A stretch of DNA of 64,000 nt, taken from the NCBI GenBank assembly GCA_043228905.1, contig JBHGNT010000006.1:18600001-18664000 (forward strand). The letters are read 5' to 3'. The notes below the pieces were generated by a model. The model searched no databases. It had not been told where the DNA came from and saw only the letters and a list, made by a program, of their open reading frames with translations. Source of the DNA: Azolla caroliniana. Lineage: Eukaryota; Plantae; Polypodiophyta. Below, one piece after another: positions 56,601 through 64,000 of this stretch. How positions within the stretch are numbered: the first letter of the stretch is position 1; the number at the start of each line of letters is the position of its first letter. The translations under genes and the position numbers were made by a program.

Positions 56601-56868
56601 CTACCTTTCGTGGGTCTCTGATCATTGGCTCTGTGGCTGCTTCTTTGATTGCCTTTTCACTATCCCCTGGAAGTGGAGCAGGAATAGGACGAACCTTCTT
56701 CTCCACTGTCTTGTACTTTGTTAGTACATGTGCTTCATGATCCTTTCGAGCAACTTCTTCAATGACCTCATACATCTTGATTGAATGGACAGGAACTTGG
56801 ATTTCATTGTCTTCTTCCATTGCTTCCAAATGAGTTATTGTATCTTCAAAACTTAATTCTTCAAACAT
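53617..56868 (-). CDS. RT-RNase H-integrase of I (1083 aa open)
   Basis: DLYSGYDQ, LPQGATNS, FLDD, TVDSS, ETDC, NAVADMLSR, HHCC, VADRGE, PEANGKVERGH, WFGPY; no chromodomain; stop lies inside the 3' LTR. Confidence 0.95.
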   Translation of the reverse strand: MFEELSFEDTITHLEAMEEDNEIQVPVHSIKMYEVIEEVARKDHEAHVLTKYKTVEKKVRPIPAPLPGDSEKAIKEAATEPMIRDPRKVGHVFTPETIQGMKIGGGDFLLPAEEKQFREMLKRHGKAFAFQPEEIGCVDPEIMEPMVIFTIPHIPWNFKPIPMPRARIPQLLELLKEKIRMGILEPSNAPYSSRWFTVLKKDGRLRFIQDMQPVNKVTIRNSGVGPIVDEFAEMFAGRAIYSMGDLYSGYDQFQLAIKSRDITSIKTPIGLVRMCTLPQGATNSVAHMMNGMNKVLRDFIPHITMPFLDDVPIKGCKEEEKNEELDESGCCQFVADHIKDCEKVLSRMEEVHLTLSGAKSIFGAKEILIVGHMCGPYGRKPSPTKVNAIQNMQEECTSISEVRRFLGVCVFYCKWIPHYAHLSEPLYRLLRKGETFEWSEEHSEAMKKLKYYLGQAPPLKQPDYTRPIYLTVDSSPIGIGWVISQQDREERYPVRFGAKVLSGRQRKYAQVKRELWGIVTTVKTDRDYLIGAEVIIETDCLPILGIIANCDIPDQAMLRWCIYIRSINPEVRHISGNRNAVADMLSRARYEEEEIPDSDDEDKEQTVLTTSITREGGMQFLEEEYEDEFKEIGKYLQTPDKYKGRSGKEFAQFRKKAHKFFLHEGYLWRHPKTKTGNPQRVIGFEGQRKEIIRELHDKEWAGHRGVWATFSKIKERFWWPRYYEQIKKYVETCPTCQYYSNVKFCDELHPTYSPGVHYKWMIDLVTMPLGVGQKIYLVLAREDLTNQVEGRSLRTKGTLGVCQFILEDIVCRYGCIGKIVADRGELNYAEAQDFFDKIGIRLSLTTAYNPEANGKVERGHGPIVKALAKACRGRVSDWPKTLPYALWADRTTHSTVTGYMPAELITGQKPIMPIEEKITTWAVLPWESEMSREDLLAVRIRQLQSRIEDIEKAATRLKEARIKNKDRFDKMKRIRPRKVQEGDWVLVYDNSLDNQYSTIRKFSKRWFGPYEVRKITDKATYFLNELDGTEIRILIAGKRIKIFKRRESLEPKFYEEVEELKESEEVLDELCTTNVQVQRGWVS

Positions 56869-57016
56869 ATCCTGAATTTCTTCATCATCATCTATTAATC
56901 CAAAACACTTAAAGTACTCGAAAGCATTTTGTATTTTATTATTATTTACTTTTAGTATAAAAGTAGCACCATTAGATTACATTGTACAAGGAATATCTTT
57001 ATTTACATTATTATTT

Positions 57017-57081
57017 ATGGGGTTTTCTTTTATGCTCGGGCTATCACAGCCCCTACCTGTAAAAGCCCTATCTAAAAATCC
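57017..57081 (-). promoter_or_regulatory. Candidate -1 programmed ribosomal frameshift signal
   Basis: G GAU UUU UAG, 6-nt spacer, 12-position stem 57068-57038; the RT frame is -1 relative to the protease frame. Confidence 0.75.
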
Positions 57082-59184
57082 TGGGAAAACTCTTCATCCA
57101 TCTCTTGAATTGGATGTTCCCTCAAGCATTCTTTGTTTCTTTCATGGTTGGGCCTCACGGTTAAGAATTGGACAGTCTTTCTTCCATCTTGACTCTTGAT
57201 TCTCGCGAAAGCCGAACCATCATCAATAACCTTTGTTTCCATCCTCACTGCGGTGATGTAGGGCTGGCCAAGGATGACGGGGTAGGTTGATCGATCCTGC
57301 ACAAAGAAATTTTGATTCGCCGAGACATCACCAATTGTTACCTTCACATTAGGACATGCTCCGAATAGATCCTCCGTAGTTTCTGTGGCAGCTCTTATTT
57401 TCCACCCATGATTCTTGTCGATCGGCCATCGTCCTCGAGCGTAAAATTCCGATGACATCATGTTAATCTCTGATCCATGATCGATCAAAGCAATACATGG
57501 AATTTGCTGCTCCCCAATTTTTGCAGGTGCCTCCGTTGTTGCTCGAGCCCAATGGTCCCTTGTATAGTGACTCCTATCCCCTTCATGGACGCCAACATCA
57601 TTCTGGTTTTTTACACTTGCAGCATTGATGGTGCCACCATACAAATCTTGGAGTGTTGCTGCACACCCTCCTGTAATTTCCTCCGTCACCTGTCTCTTCC
57701 TTCTAATAATATCTATGATAACTTCATGAAATTCTTTCTTTGCTATACCCAACACTTCTCTTAAAGTAAATTCTACCTTACTATTTAATATTCTTGTTTC
57801 TAGTACCTTTTTTATATCCGTCGTTGTTTCTATGTCTGAGGCAAGCTTGAAAGATGGGCCTGTCTTTCCTTTTACTTTATCAGCTTCCTTCGGCTCAATA
57901 GCACCCTTTTCCATCTCCCTTCTCTTTTGTTCTCGTGTCTCATGTCTCTTTGTCAGATCAGCTTCCTCAGCTCTCTTCCGCTTCTCTTCCACTAGCACAT
58001 CTTGTGCATTCACTTGGGCGAATGCTGATAGCGCGTCTACTGGATCATTCCATCCAGTGAAGTTTCGTTTTCATCTCCCGCTCTTTTTAATTCATCCACT
58101 CGAACCTTCCCTTTTCTTGCATAATCCATCACATCTTGCCAAAAGCCAGATCCACCATATGAGTCTTCTACGCGCAATCCTAAGTTGCCACGGATTGTAT
58201 CACTTGAGTCGTTTCTCTCTCGGCATCTTCCATTAGCCTTTTCATTCCTCCTCGCCCGAAGTTGAGTTGAAGTGGTTGTCGAGTCTCAGTTGAGTGAATC
58301 TTGCCATCTTGATAGTAGATTTTATTATGATTAAGAGCATCCCTATGCTCTTGACAATCTTTCTTCTGGTGGTCGATACTATCACACCACATACACCTTC
58401 GGACCATTCCACCTCCCTGCCTTGATGAAGTCGAGCTTTGTCCTGATTCTAGCTTCGTCACTTTGATCGACAAGTCTTTCATGCCTTTCACTAATTCGTG
58501 TAAGAGTGATTCTTCTACTTTCTTTTCTCCCGACTCGTTCCCCGTTTCTTCATCATTTCTGTCGGGCAACTCCATAAACCATAACTTTCTTTTGCAGAAA
58601 TGGGCGCACGCCCTTTTCACCTCCTCCCAATCTTCAGTAAGTCAACTTGGACTATTCTGATCTTCTAAAAGCATTCCCAAGTCCTTCCTGTCTTTAATAT
58701 TAGTAGCTTGTAGAAACAATATGACTTTATCTGGCACTATTATATTTCTATCTCTAACATTTAGTTGCTCAAATCTTTCCGAAAACTCTTTTAATACTTC
58801 CAAAACACTTAAATGTTTATAAGACTCTACCCAATCCATGAAAGCTCGCCTTGTCATCCTTGACATATCGTTGAGGTTGTATTCATTGAGTAATGCCCTT
58901 TCGAATGTTGTCCATGTCTGATTCTCCCTTTGGAGCTCTTGGATCCTCTCTTGTAGCCCAATCGCAGCGACTCGACTAAAGCTATTAATTTTTGTAGCTT
59001 CGTCGACACCGCGTTTAAACATTTCTTCATTATAAATCTTCAGAAATCTTGTTAAATTTAAACCTTCGAAGATTCCTACTCGTGCGAGAATATTGTCGAC
59101 GGCTTTGTCGATGCTTGCCATCATCCCTTGTTCCCGCATCACTCGTTCCATCATCGTACACATAAGCCTCATTTGCTCCTCCAT
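57072..59184 (-). pseudogene. I gag-protease (one internal stop, two frameshifts)
   Basis: Gag N-domain, CMWCDSIDHQKKDC knuckle, protease ALIDHGSEIN...ILGQPY. Confidence 0.88.
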
Positions 59185-59201
59185 TTCTCCTCGTCGCCGC
59201 C

Positions 59202-59219
59202 TTCACGTCGGGTTCACCA
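59202..59219 (-). promoter_or_regulatory. Primer binding site, tRNA-Trp (element I)
   Basis: Plus strand TTCACGTCGGGTTCACCA. Confidence 0.88.
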
Positions 59220-59223
59220 AATG

Positions 59224-60104
59224 TATCGGGGTAGTTGTGGTTCGTGCGGCGAAGTCGCAGGGACTAAGGTTAAGGGGAGTTGAAGGAACTTTTATTAGGC
59301 TTGCGCGCAAATGTTAGGAAGATAAAGGATATGAGGAATAATAGTTTAAAGTAATATGTGTGAGAGAGAGACTAGTATAGATCAAAGATAGAGGCAATGT
59401 ATGATTCAAGACGCAAGATAGAGACAAAGTATGATTTAAGACATAAAAGTATATGATATGAACATGATGTATATTATGAATACAAGATTTTACCAACTTT
59501 ACAATGTTTGGTAGCAAGATGAACCCTTTCTCTACCGACCCTTGATTCGAACTCTTGACTCCAACTTGGAAACACGAGCCTCTTCACCAACAAGCTAACT
59601 TGTTTGTTTCTTTGATTATCTTATTTCTCTAACTTTCTCTTGATTCATTGATTCCCTTTTGTTTTCCTTTCCTCTCTTTTTATAAGTATTTCCATGCATA
59701 TGGTAATGTCATGCATGAGTTACATCTGATGCATGATCGCCATTTGGCGCACATGCATTGCATGTGATGCATGATAGCCATCATGCTCATTTGAGCTCCC
59801 ATGTATTGGGATAAGTATAATGATGGATATAACCCTAAAACAAATAACTTAGCTTAGTGGTGTATGGTTTGTGCTTGATATACAAGGTTGAGGGTTCAAG
59901 TCCCTCAATTTTACTTAATACAATATATAGCTTCATTCTTATATCATGAAGCACATTTATTACACACTCTTACAAATAAATAGCCTAGCCTAGTGGTATG
60001 TACATTGTACATCGTATATAAGGATGTGGGTTCAAGTCTCTAAAATATTATTAAATACAACATTTAAGCTCATTTTTATATCATGAAGCACATTCTTCAC
60101 GACA
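59224..60104 (-). repeat. 5' LTR of I
   Basis: Copy of the 3' LTR; inner terminus mutated CA>TA. Confidence 0.93.
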
Positions 60105-60627
60105 GCGCTTGTAAGGGCTTCCCATAGATGGTCATCTTCTGTCGTGGCGGATGGTCCTGCCGTCGGTGGTGCGTCGATGGTCACGTCCTGCATCTCTGTG
60201 TGCATCCGTGCCACATTGCTTTTATTAGCGGTCTCAATCCATTCCTTGGCTGCTTGTCGGACGTCATCTTGTTCGTGCCATTGGCCAGCGTGGGTCTTGC
60301 TACGTGTCATGACGTGTTGGACGTCGGCCATAATAGTATTCACAGCCGGAGCCTTGCCGTGGTCAGTGGTTGGGCATTGGGTAGCGTACTGGCTGGGCTG
60401 GTTACACTTAAAGCAGATAACAGATGCCGAGTTGTTGGTGTCACCGTGCGTAGTATGTGGGAAGGATTGTGATTGGTTCCCGACCGCTTGGGTAGGTGTG
60501 TTGGCCCGTGGCGCGGTGTGTGGTGTGCGGGGCGTTTGGAGGGGGTTCCCGACGACGATTGTCGTTCTGACGCCGATTGTTCCTCGGACCTCTATAAGAG
60601 TTTCGTCGATCGTTTCGTGAATACCGT
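60105..60627 (-). pseudogene. E gag fragment with zinc knuckle
   Basis: CFKCNQPSQYATQC...PAVN...VRQAAKEWIETAN matches C gag. Confidence 0.82.
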
Positions 60628-61270
60628 TGTCGTGACGATTTTCGGCTACGGTGTGAAACCGAGTGAGACGAATAAACCAATGATGTGCAACATTGCACAT
60701 ACACTTAGCAAATAAGCCTCCTAAGGCTTAGTGGCACTTGAGTTCATACAGAGGGGTGCAAGCAAGGATTGAACCTTGCACCTCTAAGATACAAGATAAT
60801 TGCCTTACCACTAGGACAACTATCATATAGTGTAGATTTTATGTATTTCCTTTTCATATACAAATTATAGACGAAACAACCATAGAAAACCATGTGCACA
60901 AAACCATGGTTTTAAACCCATGGTTTGTGCATGACATAAGCAAAACCGTGTGCACAAAACCATGGTGTTAGCCCATGGTTATGTGCATGTCACGAGCATG
61001 GAAAGACCTATAAAAGCCTCTAGTTGGGCTTGTGTAAGGGGGGCTCAATATGTGATATCACCAACACCATTATCATCAATATAATATTTGTCTTTATCTT
61101 CATATTTTTCTACTTCTCAAGTGTACAATTTTTCTTCTTCTCAAGTAAACCATTTTCATTTAATCTTACATTGATCGTCATCTAGCGTCGATAATTCCGT
61201 GATCATCCTCCCTAGTCCAAGACCCCGGTGGTCGCTCGAGTAGCACACGCACGCGCGAATCTTCGCGACA
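60628..61270 (+). repeat. 5' LTR of J
   Basis: TGTCGTG...CGCGACA. Confidence 0.93.
60760..60818 (-). promoter_or_regulatory. tRNA-like Pol III A/B-box module in J LTR (copy at about 63386-63444)
   Basis: Minus strand TGTCCTAGTGGTAAGG...GAGGTGCAAGGTTCAATCCTTGC. Confidence 0.6.
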
Positions 61271-61275
61271 TCATT

Positions 61276-61293
61276 TGGTGAACCCGACGTGAA
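61276..61293 (+). promoter_or_regulatory. Primer binding site, tRNA-Trp (element J)
   Basis: TGGTGAACCCGACGTGAA. Confidence 0.88.
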
Positions 61294-61314
61294 GAGCAGC
61301 AGGGGAGGACGAAG

Positions 61315-63177
61315 ATGGATGGCGAATATCTCATGGAGGCAATGGCAAGAAGGATGATGGAGTTTCTGAGAGAAGAGAAAAGAAGAAATGAAGCCCAACA
61401 AGCCGTCGACAAAGTAGTCGAACGAATGAGCTATTTCAACGGTGCCGAAGTCCAAAGTTTCCTAAAAGTCTACAATGCGGAGATGGATTCAAGAGGTGTG
61501 GACAAAGCTATGAGGCTAGAGTACTTTTTTCGGGTGTTGTCTCAACCGATCTTCAAAGATGTAGAAGAGCTTCTAGAAGCTCATGATTCGTGGGCGACTT
61601 TCGAGAAGGCTCTATTGGAGGAATATGACTATGAGAGACTAATGGGACAAGATCGACGCAACTTCGACCAATGGGTGACATCAGCGAAGACCCACCAAGG
61701 TGCGACACAAGCATTCGTAGACTTCGAGCATCATTTTTCTCAATTGTCGGAGCGGGAACAAAGATTGGTGGGGGTCGATAAGGTCCTTATGTTCGTGAAG
61801 TCAATCGATCGAATGGAAAGGATGGCGATCGGCCTCAAACTCGAAGAAGATGATGGTGCAAATGGCCTCATCGAGGATTGGAGCAAAGTGGAAAGTGTAT
61901 GCCGACTACACGATAAGGGGCAAGCGAGAATATCGACGACAACAAGACGGCCCATGAGGGATGATCGAAGAGGGACGAGATGCAACAACGCACCACCAAC
62001 AAAAGAAATGAAGCTTAGAAGGGAGACAAAACCGAGGCGAATGGTGATCGAGGGAGAAAAAGTGTTTGAGTCTGAAGAGATTGAGGAGGTAGCCATGACA
62101 AACAACATCGAGTCGGAGGTGGCTATGGACGAGTCGACAACGGATAGCCATGTCAAGACTTTCTCCACGATTGTTCCAGAGACTTCGGCGGTTGCACCCA
62201 TGTGCCAACGTGAGACCGGAGAGACGGAAGGTGGTGACGGGAAGACAAAGGCCCAACACAAAGAGGAAGAAGATCGAGGAAGAAAGGATATCCCCACACC
62301 TATTCTAGAGACTTCGGCGGTTGTGCACGTGCGCCAACGTGAGACCGAAGAGACAGAATGTGTGGACAAAAAAGAGGACGACCGGAAGGGCGATGAAGAA
62401 GACAAGGTAAATGTAAATGAACGAAGGGATTCCTTCACACTGGTTCCGGAGACTTCGGCAGTCGAGACCGTGTGTCGACATAAGACCGAAGATAAAGGAG
62501 GTGGCGAAGAGGAGACAATATGGCTCGAGGCGAGCATACACGGAGGGAAGGATATGGCCGACGTGGAGGCCAAGGATGAAGCTGCGGTTGAGTTCGATGG
62601 AGATGTTGCATGCGGGAAGGAAGGAAGAGTCGAGAACCGGTTGAACCGGAAGACGATCCGGCCGGGATTCCGACCCGAACGAAGGAAGATCCACATGGGA
62701 GCCGATCGACCGGGGCCGACCCGGCCGAAACCTGATTCGGCGAAAATCGATCGAACGATTCCGATCCAAAAGGGGGCCGACCCAGCCAGAATCAATCGAT
62801 CGAGCCCGACTCGGGGAAATGTGAATGCAGACGAAGGCCAACCAAGCCAAGAAGCGATCGGTGGAGACCAATCCGGACAAGGGCAAACCCGGCCTAATCG
62901 GAGATCGACACGAACGATCTACAATACCCAGTTGAAGACGGTGAGCGTGAGGAGTGGCCAGGAGTCCAATCGAAGGACACGCGCGGTGGACGAAGGAAGA
63001 GCGGTCGTATCGACGACATCGTTCGGTAGATCTACTACAACCGATCGGGGAAGAAGGTGTGAGCGCCGGATATGGTGGATCGGGTGGCTACGGTGGTTCG
63101 GTTGGAAAGATTGTGCATACTCGAAGTGGAAGACAAAGTCAGACGAGGTCGACGAGCGTGCAGAGGAACTCGGTTGA
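61315..63177 (+). CDS. Gag capsid-like domain with repetitive disordered tail (620 aa, intact)
   Basis: N-terminus homologous to H and I gag; ETSAV repeats; Trp/Arg-rich C-terminus. Confidence 0.82.
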   Translation: MDGEYLMEAMARRMMEFLREEKRRNEAQQAVDKVVERMSYFNGAEVQSFLKVYNAEMDSRGVDKAMRLEYFFRVLSQPIFKDVEELLEAHDSWATFEKALLEEYDYERLMGQDRRNFDQWVTSAKTHQGATQAFVDFEHHFSQLSEREQRLVGVDKVLMFVKSIDRMERMAIGLKLEEDDGANGLIEDWSKVESVCRLHDKGQARISTTTRRPMRDDRRGTRCNNAPPTKEMKLRRETKPRRMVIEGEKVFESEEIEEVAMTNNIESEVAMDESTTDSHVKTFSTIVPETSAVAPMCQRETGETEGGDGKTKAQHKEEEDRGRKDIPTPILETSAVVHVRQRETEETECVDKKEDDRKGDEEDKVNVNERRDSFTLVPETSAVETVCRHKTEDKGGGEEETIWLEASIHGGKDMADVEAKDEAAVEFDGDVACGKEGRVENRLNRKTIRPGFRPERRKIHMGADRPGPTRPKPDSAKIDRTIPIQKGADPARINRSSPTRGNVNADEGQPSQEAIGGDQSGQGQTRPNRRSTRTIYNTQLKTVSVRSGQESNRRTRAVDEGRAVVSTTSFGRSTTTDRGRRCERRIWWIGWLRWFGWKDCAYSKWKTKSDEVDERAEELG

Positions 63178-63253
63178 TCACCGTTGCCAAAGATCTCACC
63201 TCTTCACCTTTCTCGGCACATACCGGAGGATGTGCGGGTTTGGTGGGGGTGGA

Positions 63254-63746
63254 TGTCGTGACGATTTTCGGCTACGGTGTGAAACCGAGTGAGACGAATA
63301 AACCAATGATGTGCAACATTGCACATACACTTAGCAAATAAGCCTCCTAAGGCTTAGTGGCACTTGAGTTCATACAGAGGGGTGCAAGCAAGGATTGAAC
63401 CTTGCACCTCTAAGATACAAGATAATTGCCTTACCACTAGGACAACTATCATATAGTGTAGATTTTATGTATTTCCTTTTCATATACAAATTATAGACGA
63501 AACAACCATAGAAAACCATGTGCACAAAACCATGGTTTTAAACCCATGGTTTGTGCATGACATAAGCAAAACCGTGTGCACAAAACCATGGTGTTAGCCC
63601 ATGGTTATGTGCATGTCACGAGCATGGAAAGACCTATAAAAGCCTCTAGTTGGGCTTGTGTAAGGGGGGCTCAATATGTGATATCACCAACACCATTACC
63701 CCGGTGGTCGCTCGAGTAGCACACGCACGCGCGAATCTTCGCGACA
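63254..63746 (+). repeat. 3' LTR of J (150-bp internal deletion)
   Basis: Matches the 5' LTR except for loss of about 61073-61222. Confidence 0.92.
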
Positions 63747-64000
63747 CCGTTGATTGTACTAGTCCTCCCGATCATCGTCATACCGATCGTACTCATCGTT
63801 TGCTCTATATTGGTCGTCGTGGTACTGGTCACGATCGTCTGATCTTTTGCGATTGTCGTGGCGGTACCGGTCATCGTGGCGACGGTAGTCGTCGTCGCGG
63901 CGCTGGCGACAAGTTAAAGAAGTTGTCACATACACACTAACCATGGACTACGACAGAGCCTGGATGATGGGGCTAAGAGTGTGGAACTTAAGAAGTTGGG

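Larger units (their letters stand above)
52744..60104 (-). mobile_element. Ty3/gypsy element I (autonomous-type member of the Trp-PBS group), full length
   Basis: 881-bp LTRs 52744-53624 and 59224-60104, 4-bp TSD GCGC, Trp PBS 59202-59219, PPT AGGGGGTGGG. Confidence 0.95.
60628..63746 (+). mobile_element. Non-autonomous Gag-only LTR element J (Trp-PBS group)
   Basis: LTRs 60628-61270 and 63254-63746, 4-bp TSD CCGT, Trp PBS 61276-61293, PPT GGTGGGGGTGGA; no pol. Confidence 0.93.
30947..64000 (-). mobile_element. Ty3/gypsy element E (A/C-related), old and fragmented by F, G, H, I, J; 5' end not seen
   Basis: 3' LTR 30947-31445. Extra-ORF pieces 31579-31856, 38617-39640, 45131-45403, 50359-50650; RH/RT/PR 50660-52743; gag 60105-60627 and 63747-63900. 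Pieces rejoin at the TSDs. Confidence 0.82.

Noticed and set aside
56869-57071. Intron between protease and RT in element I
   Set aside because: AT-rich, but the -1 frame is nearly open and a complete frameshift signal precedes it. Splicing is not excluded but is less parsimonious.
61740-62795. Long antisense ORFs (also 3784-4518, 6016-6567, 47716-48330, 48732-49634)
   Set aside because: Ser/Phe/Leu-rich shadows of Glu/Lys/Arg-rich sense frames, with no motifs of their own.
63924-64000. Start of another LTR (TGTCACA...)
   Set aside because: Composition changes here, but 77 bp with no partner LTR or TSD is too little to call.

Overview
This window is plant-type heterochromatic DNA made almost entirely of nested transposable elements; I see no host gene, rRNA, true tRNA or CRISPR array. 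Labels A-J, X and Z are mine. An old Ty1/copia fragment Z (9220-9897) is flanked by a tRNA-Trp-primed gypsy remnant X (7395-9219, LTRs inverted; its forward LTR is interrupted by gypsy A, 1-7394) and is interrupted by copia B (9898-30303, plus tandem unit B2). B carries copia D (12728-18244) and gypsy C (18941-28784). B2 carries gypsy E (30947 to the window end). E carries copia F (with a non-autonomous hAT inside), an intact young copia G (39641-45130), and three tRNA-Trp-primed gypsy-type elements with 4-bp TSDs: autonomous-type I (52744-60104) and Gag-only H (45404-50358) and J (60628-63746). Most notable: (1) antisense tRNA-like Pol III A/B-box modules with constant 43-nt spacing inside the LTRs of three Trp-primed families; (2) a covarying 30-nt bulged hairpin where the PPT should be in gypsy A, C and E, which also carry a ~1040-aa coiled-coil extra ORF; (3) a textbook -1 frameshift signal (GGAUUUU plus stem/pseudoknot) between protease and RT in element I; (4) Gag-only satellites with long repetitive tails. 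All alignments and folds were done by eye; lineage names and functions are inferences.
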